The position numbers were made by a program, and so were the translations under genes. 64,000 bases of DNA from a candidate division WOR-3 bacterium (GTDB lineage: Bacteria; Hydrothermota; Tepidihabitantia; Tepidihabitantales; Tepidihabitantaceae): assembly GCA_965649225.1 (NCBI GenBank), contig CBFGJX010000007.1, positions 41,923-105,922 of the forward strand. The letters run 5' to 3'. Shown piece after piece: positions 38,863 to 47,191 of the stretch. Within the stretch, counting starts at the first letter, position 1. Each line of letters opens with the position of its first letter. Below the pieces are notes generated by a model. It did not search any database. It worked only from the letters and a program-made list of their open reading frames with translations, and was not told where the DNA came from.

Positions 38863-39485
38863 CAGTTACTCCTTCTGGTTCTGGCAGCTGGGCGGGATGC
38901 GGGCTGCAGCAGGCCTGAGAAGATGATATCGAGCGCCGCGTCGGCGGCTGCCCGGGCCTGGCTGCGGCGGCGGGCCGCCAGTATCGTGCTGCGAAAAGCC
39001 TGCAGATAGAGCAAAGCGGCGAGCCGGGTGTTGGTAGGGCGGAACTCGCCCGATTTGATGCCGGATTCGATCAGCGCGGCGATGTCCAGTATCAGCTGTT
39101 GCATTCTGGGCAGAACCGCGGAATGCAGCCGGTGCAGGGCGGGTCCGGCCAGCCGCAGGTTTTCGATGGAAATCAGTGCCAGCACGCCGGGCTGAGCGAG
39201 GACGCCGTCGGCCCACGCCTCGAAGACGAACCGGAGGCGCTCGGCGGCCGAAATCGGTTGACCGGTAACGTCGCGGACGATTGCAGCCGCCTGTTCCATC
39301 AGCCAGCCCAGCAGTCCGGCATAAATGTCCGGCTTGTCGCGGAAGTAAAGGTAGATGGTGCCTTTGGCGACGCCGGCGGCACGGGCGATGTCGTCAACTT
39401 TTGCTTCGTAGTAGCCGCGACGGCTGATGACCTCAAAGGCAGCTTTGAGGATTGCCTCACGTTTGTTTTCGCTGCGTTGCTTCAA
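38862..39485 (-). CDS. TetR/AcrR-family regulator
   Basis: ILKAA...GY....VDDIARAAGVAKGTIYLYFRDK. Confidence 0.93.
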   Translation of the reverse strand: MKQRSENKREAILKAAFEVISRRGYYEAKVDDIARAAGVAKGTIYLYFRDKPDIYAGLLGWLMEQAAAIVRDVTGQPISAAERLRFVFEAWADGVLAQPGVLALISIENLRLAGPALHRLHSAVLPRMQQLILDIAALIESGIKSGEFRPTNTRLAALLYLQAFRSTILAARRRSQARAAADAALDIIFSGLLQPASRPAARTRRSN

Positions 39486-39499
39486 AGTTACTTTACTGA

Positions 39500-39542
39500 A
39501 CTGACCGGTCAGTCATTATAGTCGGTCGCCGTCAGCGGTCAA
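39500..39542 (-). promoter_or_regulatory. Promoter and TetR operator of the efflux operon
   Basis: TTGACC(39542-39537)-N16-TATAAT(39520-39515); perfect palindrome ACTGACCGGTCAGT (39500-39513) over the predicted TSS. Confidence 0.75.
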
Positions 39543-39563
39543 GAAGTCAGGTGACAGCCGGCA

Positions 39564-40406
39564 TCAGTATTCAGCCGGGAGGTCGAGCAGCTGGCGCCAG
39601 GAAAACACCGGTCCGTCGCGGCAGACGTATTTTGGTCCGATGTTGCAATGGCCGCACTTGCCGATGCCGCACTTCATCCGGTTTTCCAGTGACAGAAAGA
39701 CATTGTCCGGTGTAAAGCCGAGATTTTCCAGTACCGGTTGAGTGAACCTGATCATTACCGGCGGGCCGCAGACCAGTGCGATGGCGTTGCTGGCAGCCGG
39801 CGCGACTTCCTTGAGCACGTTGGGGACGAGTCCTTCGCTGCGGGGCCAGGCGGCGCCGTCGAGGCGGTCGACGCAGAGGTGCAGGTCGATGTCGGAACGC
39901 GTCTCCCAGGCGTGCAGCTCGTCCTTGTAGAGCAGCTCGCCCGGGGAACGGGCGCCGTAGACGCAGGTGATGCGGCCGAAGTCACTGCGGCGCGAGGAAT
40001 CGAGCAGCCAGACGATAGTCGAGCGCAGAGTGGTGAACGAAAACCCGCCCGAAACGATGACCACGTCGTGGCCGCGCATCAGCTCGAGTGGATAGGTGTT
40101 GCCGTAGGGGCCGCGCATACCGACCTCGGCGCCGGCGGCAAGTTCGTGCAGAGCGGTCGTGAAGGTGCCGACGCGCTTGACCGTGTAGCGAATGAAGGAT
40201 TCCGCTGGCGCCGAAGCAATGCCAAAGGGTGCTTCGCCAACGCCGGGCAGCGACAGGAAGCCAAACTGGCCGGGTAGAAAGCGGAATCCTTCGGCGTCAG
40301 CGGTGTGCCGGAAGACAAGGTCGAAAGTCTTCAGGTCGCGGGCGGTGTTCTCGACCGTGACCTTTTCGATCCGCATTGGAATTGTCAGATAGGGATTCTT
40401 GTTCAT
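39564..40406 (-). CDS. flxA: FAD/NAD-binding [2Fe-2S] oxidoreductase (FlxA/AsrB-like)
   Basis: FLPGQF, RGPYGN, SGGFSFTTLRS, YGARSP, CGPPVM, MKCGIGKCGHC, CRDGPVF. Confidence 0.85.
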   Translation of the reverse strand: MNKNPYLTIPMRIEKVTVENTARDLKTFDLVFRHTADAEGFRFLPGQFGFLSLPGVGEAPFGIASAPAESFIRYTVKRVGTFTTALHELAAGAEVGMRGPYGNTYPLELMRGHDVVIVSGGFSFTTLRSTIVWLLDSSRRSDFGRITCVYGARSPGELLYKDELHAWETRSDIDLHLCVDRLDGAAWPRSEGLVPNVLKEVAPAASNAIALVCGPPVMIRFTQPVLENLGFTPDNVFLSLENRMKCGIGKCGHCNIGPKYVCRDGPVFSWRQLLDLPAEY

Positions 40407-41425
40407 TTTTCGGTCAGCGCGCGCTCGATGGCCTCGATTGTGTTGCGGATGTCAATTGCCGAAGGGCACTCAACGATACAACGGCCGCAACCGACGCAGG
40501 ATACCATGTTGACGGTGTCGACGGTGTATTTGAACTTGTCCAGGATTCGGTTGCGCCAGCGCGACGGGCGGGAACCGCGGGGGTTATGACCTGAGGCATG
40601 CTGGCTGTAGAGGCAAAACTGGCAGGAGTCCCAGACGCGGACGCGTGCGATTCGACGGTGGGTGTCCTCGTCGGTAATGTCGAAGCAGTGGCAGGTCGGG
40701 CAAAGGAAGGTGCAGACACCGCAGTTGACGCACGAATCCATCACCATTTCCCAGACCGGCGCGTCAAATCCCCGGTCAAGCAGCTGCTTCAGTCGGGCAG
40801 TGTCGGTGGCCCAGGAGATTTTCGAGTCGGCGATGGCAGCCAGCTCCCGTGCCCGGCCGAGGTCTTCAGGGCCGGCCTCAGGGTAACGCTCGACGAGTTT
40901 CTGCCCCCGGGGCGTGACCGGGCGGGCGAGAAAGCGGTCGCCGAGGTCGACAAGCAGCAGGTCAAGGCCGCGCGTGCCCGAAGGCGAGCCGCCGACTCCG
41001 GCACAGAAACAGGTGTCGGCCGGTTCGTTGCAGGCGAGCCCGACCACGGTTGCGGCAGCCCGACGGCGGCGGTAGTACGGGTCCGGGGCTGCCGGGTCAT
41101 CAAAGATTTTGTCAAGCACTGTCAGGGCGTGAGCGTCACAGGGCCGGACGCCAAAAACGACCAGTTCGGGCTGGTTGGCTGGATTCGCTTCGGCTTCGCC
41201 GGCAGCGTTGAACCGCAGCAGCACTTCGCATTGGGGAAAGAACAGGCTTTTGACCGGCTGCTTGGTGTTGATGCGGCTGGTGTCAATCTCGGTCGATGAT
41301 TTTACGCGGCGAAACTCGGTCCACTGTTTCTTTGAGTGCTTCGCCGGGGCGTAGAGCGCGGTCGCGGCGGCCAGTTCGTCAAGCAGCCGGTCCAGCTCGG
41401 TCCGGGTAATGATGCGTTCCGTCAC
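40403..41425 (-). CDS. flxB: 4Fe-4S protein (FlxB/AsrA-like)
   Basis: FGVRPCD, CFC, CVNCGVCTFLCPTCHCF, WDSC, CVGCGRCIVECP. Confidence 0.85.
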   Translation of the reverse strand: MTERIITRTELDRLLDELAAATALYAPAKHSKKQWTEFRRVKSSTEIDTSRINTKQPVKSLFFPQCEVLLRFNAAGEAEANPANQPELVVFGVRPCDAHALTVLDKIFDDPAAPDPYYRRRRAAATVVGLACNEPADTCFCAGVGGSPSGTRGLDLLLVDLGDRFLARPVTPRGQKLVERYPEAGPEDLGRARELAAIADSKISWATDTARLKQLLDRGFDAPVWEMVMDSCVNCGVCTFLCPTCHCFDITDEDTHRRIARVRVWDSCQFCLYSQHASGHNPRGSRPSRWRNRILDKFKYTVDTVNMVSCVGCGRCIVECPSAIDIRNTIEAIERALTEK

Positions 41426-42249
41426 CGGATAAACTCCTGACGGTCATTGGGGTCGAATGTGGCAAGGGGCGGCGGCTCGTCCGATTTCATCCCGGCGGTG
41501 TGGCCGAAACGCTCGCGGACAATCTGCGCCGCCTTGCGGTTGAGCTTCATCAGGTCGACGCCCATCGGGCAGGCCCGCGCGCAGGACCCGCACTCGACGC
41601 AGCGGCCGGCCATGTGCAGGGCGCGCATCAGGTGGAACACCGCGTTGTCGGAAAGCTCGGTGGTTCTGCCCAGCCAGGCCGGGCGGCCGGTGTCGACAAA
41701 GCAGACCGGGCAGTAGCAGTTGGGGCAGACCTGGCGGCAGGCATAGCAGCGGATGCAGCGCGCCGCCTCTTCGGCAAACTGCTGCCAGCGCGTGTCCGGG
41801 TCGGCTGGCTCTGCGGGCGGCGCGGCCGGCTCAGGCGTGAAGTGGTCGCCGATGAACTCGTCATACTCGACCGCGTCGCGCTGGATGCAGGCGCAGCAGG
41901 CCTCGTCCAGTTCGCCGCTCGCGCGCACGCCGGCGCAGCCGACTCCGATGATGTGCAGGCTTGAGCGGTCAAGCTGGTGTTCCTTGACCAGCGAGACAAT
42001 CGAGCGCGAGTCGCAGCCTTTGGCGATAACCGCAATGCGGCCCTTGTGCTTGAGTCCGATGAGGTAGTTGGCGAGGTTCTGGCCGCAGCGTTCGTCGAAG
42101 ATGAGGCTTTCGCAGTCCTCGGGTGAGGTTATAAACGCGGGCTGGGCACGGCCCGGCCTGGTTGCGGCACGGTACCCGACCACGACCGCGACCCTGCCTT
42201 CGGCCAGCAGTTCCTTCGCGCGCCGGCGCAGTTCGGCATCGCGGCTCAC
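41422..42249 (-). CDS. flxC: 4Fe-4S protein (FlxC/FdhB-like)
   Basis: KGCDSRS, CIRCYACRQVCPNCYCPVC, HMAGRCVECGSCARACP. Confidence 0.85.
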   Translation of the reverse strand: MSRDAELRRRAKELLAEGRVAVVVGYRAATRPGRAQPAFITSPEDCESLIFDERCGQNLANYLIGLKHKGRIAVIAKGCDSRSIVSLVKEHQLDRSSLHIIGVGCAGVRASGELDEACCACIQRDAVEYDEFIGDHFTPEPAAPPAEPADPDTRWQQFAEEAARCIRCYACRQVCPNCYCPVCFVDTGRPAWLGRTTELSDNAVFHLMRALHMAGRCVECGSCARACPMGVDLMKLNRKAAQIVRERFGHTAGMKSDEPPPLATFDPNDRQEFIR

Positions 42250-42692
42250 AGCGGCTCCTTGACCAGCTTGCGGTTGGGTCCGAGCGAGCGCACCTTGTCC
42301 GTCACCTCACGCACCACTGCGGCGAAGCGTTCGCCCTCGGCGGCCGACACCCAGGAGAAGCTTACCCGGCCCGGCTCAATGCCGGCCATCTCCAGCAGGT
42401 CGTTGAGAACCGCAAACCGGCGGCGGGCGACGTAGTTACCAGTCAGATAGTGACAGTCGCCGGGATGGCAGCCCGACACCAGCACGCCGTCGGCCCCGTT
42501 CTGCAGGGCCTTGAGGATGAAGAACGGGTCAACCCGGCCCGAGCAGGGCACGCGCACCACACGGATTGAGGGCGGATACTGGATGCGCGAGATACCGGCA
42601 AGGTCGGCTCCGGCATAGGAGCACCAGTTGCACAGGAACGCGACAATGCGCGGCTGGAAGTCGCCCTGGTTCGGGTTTGCCGTGTCGGTCAT
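42246..42692 (-). CDS. flxD: MvhD-like [2Fe-2S] protein (FlxD)
   Basis: FLCNWCSYAGADLAG, RVPCSGRVD, GADGVLVSGCHPGDCHY, WVSAAEG. Start set at ATG 42692; the N-terminal extension in the ORF track is low-complexity. Confidence 0.9.
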   Translation of the reverse strand: MTDTANPNQGDFQPRIVAFLCNWCSYAGADLAGISRIQYPPSIRVVRVPCSGRVDPFFILKALQNGADGVLVSGCHPGDCHYLTGNYVARRRFAVLNDLLEMAGIEPGRVSFSWVSAAEGERFAAVVREVTDKVRSLGPNRKLVKEPL

Positions 42693-42708
42693 CGTGGAGT
42701 GAAGAGGC

Positions 42709-42737
42709 ATTATAGGATAGCGGTGCGCAGTTGTAAA
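42709..42737 (-). promoter_or_regulatory. sigma70-type promoter of flxDCBA
   Basis: TTTACA(42737-42732)-N17-TATAAT(42714-42709). Confidence 0.6.
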
Positions 42738-43066
42738 GCGGCGGCAGTGCGTAACTCCGTTGTGCTTGCCGATGGCTTCCGGCCGTGCCGGGCGATGGGC
42801 AGCGGGTTGTGGTGGTGTGCGGGCCGGTGGAGGCAAGGGTGGGAGACCGGCAGGATGCTGCGGCAGTTGTCGGCGGAGCCGGACCTGGGGTGGGACCGCG
42901 TGCGGCGCGGCGGCCCGGGCTTGGCGTCGTTGTGGTTGCTGGAGAGCGTGTCGGGAGAGGAGTCGGGGCGACGCAGGCGGCACGGGGAACGGGGGAGTCG
43001 GCAAAGAGCGTAGCCCGGAATGGCCGACAATGCTCTCAGTGGTGAGCACTTGCCCGACAAGGCGGT

Positions 43067-43096
43067 TTGACCGCCACTATAACCATGGTTATAGTG
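43067..43096 (+). promoter_or_regulatory. Promoter with perfect 22-bp palindromic operator
   Basis: TTGACC(43067)-N17-TATAGT(43090), overlapped by CACTATAACCATGGTTATAGTG (43075-43096). Confidence 0.75.
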
Positions 43097-43105
43097 AGCC
43101 TGCAG

Positions 43106-43801
43106 ATGGCCAGATATGAAACATTCAGATTCGACGCGGCACTGGGAGCGCGTCTGCGCAGCCTGCGCGAGAGGGCGGGTCTGACCCAGCTTGGGCTGGC
43201 TGTGGCAATGGGCCGGCAGAGCAAGGGCTGGCACGTCTGGGTCAGCCGGCTGGAGCGGGGAAAGTATCCGAATCCTTCGCTGGCGATGGTGGCCGATTAC
43301 CTGCGGGCTTGCCGGGCGACGTTTGCAGAAATCGCGGACCTGCTCGACCGTTACACAACTCTGCCCATTGAGCCCGAAGCGCAGGCGCGGGCGGCAGTCC
43401 GCGCCGCCGTGGCCGGCCAGGCGCCGGCTGACCAGATGGCAGCAATCAGGTACGATGTGAAGACCGCCCAGGCCCGGGAGTGCCGGGGCCTGGAACCTGA
43501 GCCGGCCGAAAAGCGCGTGGCGCGAGTGCTGCGTCAGCGGCAACGCGAAGAAGAAGCGCGGCAGTTGCGGCGGCTGGTGATTGAGGTCATCGACCGCGAA
43601 GGACTCGCACCCGGCCCTTTGAATGAACAGCATCTGCAAAGGTACGCGGCGAGGCTGGGGCGGGTTCTGCGCCGGGCAGCGCCGCCGGAGCGTGCGGTCG
43701 CGGCGCAGGCCGAGCTGGAGAGATTCCTTCAGTCCAGCGGTTTGCCGCCCGAGCTGGTCAGGCCCATTCACGAAGCGGTGATGGCCTCGGCCCGCGACTG
43801 A
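43106..43801 (+). CDS. XRE-family HTH regulator with helical C-terminal extension
   Basis: LGARLRSLRERAGLTQ..LA..MG......VSRLERGKYPNPSL..VADYLRAC. Start ATG 43106 inferred from the promoter. Confidence 0.8.
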   Translation: MARYETFRFDAALGARLRSLRERAGLTQLGLAVAMGRQSKGWHVWVSRLERGKYPNPSLAMVADYLRACRATFAEIADLLDRYTTLPIEPEAQARAAVRAAVAGQAPADQMAAIRYDVKTAQARECRGLEPEPAEKRVARVLRQRQREEEARQLRRLVIEVIDREGLAPGPLNEQHLQRYAARLGRVLRRAAPPERAVAAQAELERFLQSSGLPPELVRPIHEAVMASARD

Positions 43802-43877
43802 CCGTCCACCGCGCGGCGGTCAGCGAAGTGGCTGCACTGGCTGTTGCCGACGGCCGCGGGCTGTCAGGGGTGGGCGG

Positions 43878-44768
43878 CTAGTTGATGCGGAACTCGACCT
43901 TGGAGAACTTGGGCTGGAGCCCGGGGATGAAGCGTGGGGCGACCTTGAACGCACCCTGAGGCATTACGACGCGGGCGCTGATTTCTTCGTAGATTCGGCG
44001 ACAGCGGTCATTTGACAGTTTTTCGTCCTGAGAATAGACGTAGGCCACGACTTCTTTGCGTTTCTTTTCCTTGATGATGTTGGCAGCTTCGTCCAGCCGG
44101 GCAACGGCGTCTTCAATCAGCAGGGCAGAACCTTCGCGAAAGAGCTGGTCAGCGGCAATCGCGACCACCCACTCGTCACCTGACCGGTAACTGATGGCAT
44201 CGATTCGTTGTGGTGTTCCCGGAATGCGGGTCTGGTTGCCCTGCGCATCGTAGGCGTTGAATGTGAAACTGAAAACTTCACCGACGGTGATTGCCTCGCC
44301 GTTGTCGGTCATGCCGTTCCAGGTGATTACCCGTGGCGGCTGGCCTTTGCCGCCGACACGGCGGACGGTCTCGCCGTTGCTGTTGGCGATGACCAGTTCC
44401 CAGGTGGCGACCCGGGTTTCGAAGGCGGGCATGAATACCATGATGTCGCCGTAGATGAAACCGGGCTGAACCGGGACCCGCAGGTAAGAAGAGCGAATCG
44501 ACTGCTGTGGAATGGTCAGAGAGTCAAGGGAACGCCAGAGGGCCTCATCGAGGATGTAGTTGTCGGGCGCCAGCATTGAACTGATTGGCGAGAAGGGGTC
44601 GAGTTGAGGCGGAAACCAGGGTTTCGGGTCGATGATTTTGACCTCGGCCTCGCCAGTAATCACTTCTTCGCCAAGTTCGTGGGCCGATGGCGGCCGGTTG
44701 CCGGTAGATTCGGCAGCGGGTCCGGGCTGGAGTGTCAGGACAAGCAGCACGAGAGCGCTGTTGATCAT
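43878..44768 (-). CDS. Exported protein with FlgD-like Ig domain and degenerate OmpA_C-like domain
   Basis: WELVIANSNGETVR..G...PP.VITWNG; LFREGSALL...ARLDEAA...LSNDR; ATGA overlap with tonB. Confidence 0.65.
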   Translation of the reverse strand: MINSALVLLVLTLQPGPAAESTGNRPPSAHELGEEVITGEAEVKIIDPKPWFPPQLDPFSPISSMLAPDNYILDEALWRSLDSLTIPQQSIRSSYLRVPVQPGFIYGDIMVFMPAFETRVATWELVIANSNGETVRRVGGKGQPPRVITWNGMTDNGEAITVGEVFSFTFNAYDAQGNQTRIPGTPQRIDAISYRSGDEWVVAIAADQLFREGSALLIEDAVARLDEAANIIKEKKRKEVVAYVYSQDEKLSNDRCRRIYEEISARVVMPQGAFKVAPRFIPGLQPKFSKVEFRIN

Positions 44769-45667
44769 GAGAGCTGGAAGCGGAAGGTTATCACTCCCCA
44801 CTGGTCTTCAATCTTCACGCCCGGGGCAAGCGGGGCAAACTCCCAGTTGCGCAAGGCATCGACAACGACCTGGTCAAGGTCGGGATAACCGGAGGAGCTT
44901 TCAATCTGCGGTACGCCCTTTACCCGGCCGTCTGGTTGTACCCAGAGCCTGACAACAACAGTGCCGGAAACTCGGCGGTCGAGTGCCCATTTGGGATAAC
45001 GGGGTACGACGCGCCGCTTGATTTCCCGTTCAGAAATCGGCCCGGCAATCATGAACTGGTTCGCCTTGGGCGCCGCAGCGACGGCGGGCAGCTCGGCAGT
45101 GGGCTGGGCGGGCAGTTTCTGAGCTGCCGGTTTGGCGAGACTGCGCCGCTCGATTGTCAACTGGGGCTGCTGTTGCGGGACGCCGGGATAGCCTTGAAGG
45201 CCGGGTACACCTTTGCCGCCGGTTGAGAGGCCGCGAGCGAGGGCGACCTTGGGCTGAGCGAGTATCTCGTCGGTTGATTTCGTCGAGGCAGAGCCGCCCA
45301 GTTTGATTGTCGCCATGCCTTCGCCACGGTCGAGTTCGTAGCGGTCGAGGTCAATCCTGGCTTGGGATTTGTCGCGTTCGAGCGTGGCGCCGAGATCGAT
45401 TGCCGGCGTTTCGACCGGTGCACTGCCGGGCGAGTACACCGGAGCCGGCGCATTCTCGGCAGTGCCACCACCACCGGGCAGCGCGGCTTTGGGCAGAACC
45501 CGGGCGACCTCAGGGCGGTAGGTTATGTCCATGAAGCTGACTTCCTGCATTTCGGCACAGTCGGTAGTGTTTGGGCGGGTCTGCGAGAGCAGTAACAGCA
45601 GGGCGACATGTACGACAGCCGATACGGCAAGGGCAATTTCGAAGGACCGCGACCGACGGGTGGTCAT
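44765..45667 (-). CDS. tonB: TonB-family energy transducer
   Basis: TM with S..VH motif (VSAVVHVALL); linker; TonB_C PRYP..A.....GTV.VRLWV..DG.V....I.SSSG..DLD...DAL..WEF.P. Confidence 0.85.
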   Translation of the reverse strand: MTTRRSRSFEIALAVSAVVHVALLLLLSQTRPNTTDCAEMQEVSFMDITYRPEVARVLPKAALPGGGGTAENAPAPVYSPGSAPVETPAIDLGATLERDKSQARIDLDRYELDRGEGMATIKLGGSASTKSTDEILAQPKVALARGLSTGGKGVPGLQGYPGVPQQQPQLTIERRSLAKPAAQKLPAQPTAELPAVAAAPKANQFMIAGPISEREIKRRVVPRYPKWALDRRVSGTVVVRLWVQPDGRVKGVPQIESSSGYPDLDQVVVDALRNWEFAPLAPGVKIEDQWGVITFRFQLS

Positions 45668-45668
45668 G

Positions 45669-46064
45669 CTAGCCCTCCTTCAGCCGCTTGGTGGCGCAGG
45701 CAATTCGCTGTGCGCCGGCCCGGCGGGCTGTTGCCAGGACGTCCAGAACCCGTTCGTGGAGGCAGTCCTTGTCAGCACGGATGACCACCAGCACGTAGGG
45801 GTCACGGCTGACTGCGGCACGCAGTGCCTCTTCGAGCTGGTTGAAGTCGGCAACCGGTCGGTCATCGAGAAAGAGGTAGCCCTCAGTGTTGAGGGTAATC
45901 GATAGGTCGTTTTCAGTTTTGCGCTCGGCGGTGTGGGTCTGAGGTAGGACCACCGGGGTGTTGTTGCGCGTGACTACCATCGGGGCCACTACCATCATCA
46001 CCAGAACCAGTATCAGACCGACCGCAGCCATCGGCAGAATATCAATGTTGGCGTTGGTTCTCAT
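45669..46064 (-). CDS. exbD: ExbD/TolR-family protein lacking the conserved TM aspartate
   Basis: DILPMAAVGLILVLVMMV TM; V.LP; VVIRADK....ERVLDVL..ARRAG. Confidence 0.85.
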   Translation of the reverse strand: MRTNANIDILPMAAVGLILVLVMMVVAPMVVTRNNTPVVLPQTHTAERKTENDLSITLNTEGYLFLDDRPVADFNQLEEALRAAVSRDPYVLVVIRADKDCLHERVLDVLATARRAGAQRIACATKRLKEG

Positions 46065-46474
46065 CTGGCCCTCCGTTTGCGCAACAGCGCCAGGTCGGCC
46101 GCACCGGACTGTTTGGCGAGGTCCAGGACCGCCATCACTCGTTCGTACCGGACGTTTTCATCGGTGGAAACGATCACCCGCCGCTCGACGCTGCGTTCGA
46201 GCAGACGCGGCAGCAGCTCCCGCAGCTGGTCAAATGTCACTGCCGATTCGTTGAGCAGAATGGTGTTTGCATCGGTGAGGTGGACATTGGCTTTGATGTC
46301 CGAGCCATCCTCGGCGGCGCCGGCCCGGGCCGCACCGGGGGCAGACACGAATATTCCGGTCTCGAAGAACAGCGGCATCGCGACCATGAATCCTATGACC
46401 AGCGACAGGGCGATGTCAACCAGCGAGGTCAGGATCAGCTGGTCGTGGCGGACTTCGTGTCGGCGGCGTTTCAT
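46061..46474 (-). CDS. exbD: ExbD/TolR-family protein
   Basis: LTSLVDIALSLVIGFMV (Asp present); VIVSTDENVRYERVMAVLD.AKQSG. Confidence 0.88.
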   Translation of the reverse strand: MKRRRHEVRHDQLILTSLVDIALSLVIGFMVAMPLFFETGIFVSAPGAARAGAAEDGSDIKANVHLTDANTILLNESAVTFDQLRELLPRLLERSVERRVIVSTDENVRYERVMAVLDLAKQSGAADLALLRKRRAR

Positions 46475-47191
46475 CTAGAACTTCCAGCTCGAGTCTTCGG
46501 CCGGTACGGGTTTGGGTTGGGGCGGTGGTGTTGCCGGAGTCGGGCTGCGGGGCGATTCAATCTTGCCGGCAGCCTGCAGCCGTGACAGCATCACGACCAG
46601 CCGTTCTGAGGCGCTTTCGAGCTGGACGGTCAGGTCGGCCGACTTTTTCGTGAAGTAGTTGTAGAAGAACAGCGTCGGGATACCGATGAGCAGTCCGAAT
46701 GCGGTGGTGATCAGTGCTTCGGCGATGCCGGCCGAGACAACCGCCGGCCCGCCCGAGCCAGTCTGGGCAATGTTGTGGAATGCGCCGATGAGGCCGGTGA
46801 CCGTACCGAGCAGGCCCAGCAGGGTCGCGGCGTTGGCCAGTGTGCCCATGCCGCCGAGCAGGCGTTCGAAGCGCAGTTTTTCTTCGAGAATCAGACTGTA
46901 CAGCAGGTCGTCGAGCTCGTCAGCGGCCAGCCCAAGGTTCTCGAGCGCGACCGTGAACATCCGGCCGAGCGGGTTCTTCTGCGTTCGGGCCCAGTTCAGC
47001 GCGGCATCGGTGCCACCAGTCGTGAGCCGGCGCCGCAGCTCGGCCAGCCCGGCAGCGCCGTTGAAGCGGTTGCGCCAGAAGTACCAGAGCCGTTCGACAA
47101 TCAGGGCCAGTGCCGTGATTGAAGCACCGAGCAGAAGGATCATTACGAAGCTGCCCTTGAAAACGTCGATCAGACTGCGACCCATTATCAT
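46475..47191 (-). CDS. exbB: ExbB/TolQ/MotA proton-channel protein
   Basis: ATLLGLLGTVTGLIGAF; GIAEALITTAFGLLIGIP. Confidence 0.92.
   Translation of the reverse strand: MIMGRSLIDVFKGSFVMILLLGASITALALIVERLWYFWRNRFNGAAGLAELRRRLTTGGTDAALNWARTQKNPLGRMFTVALENLGLAADELDDLLYSLILEEKLRFERLLGGMGTLANAATLLGLLGTVTGLIGAFHNIAQTGSGGPAVVSAGIAEALITTAFGLLIGIPTLFFYNYFTKKSADLTVQLESASERLVVMLSRLQAAGKIESPRSPTPATPPPQPKPVPAEDSSWKF

Noticed and set aside
39564..41425. Anaerobic sulfite reductase asrAB or sulfhydrogenase
   Set aside because: No AsrC or NiFe subunits; the upstream MvhD-like and FdhB-like genes fit flxDCBA.
42693..43049. Pro/Arg-rich N-terminal extension of MvhD/FlxD and overlapping ORFs
   Set aside because: Low-complexity translation of a G-rich spacer; a promoter at 42737-42709 places the start near 42692.
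43878..47191. Flagellar MotAB or canonical Tol-Pal
   Set aside because: ExbD-type partners and a TonB_C domain are present; no flagellar genes and no adjacent tolB-pal.
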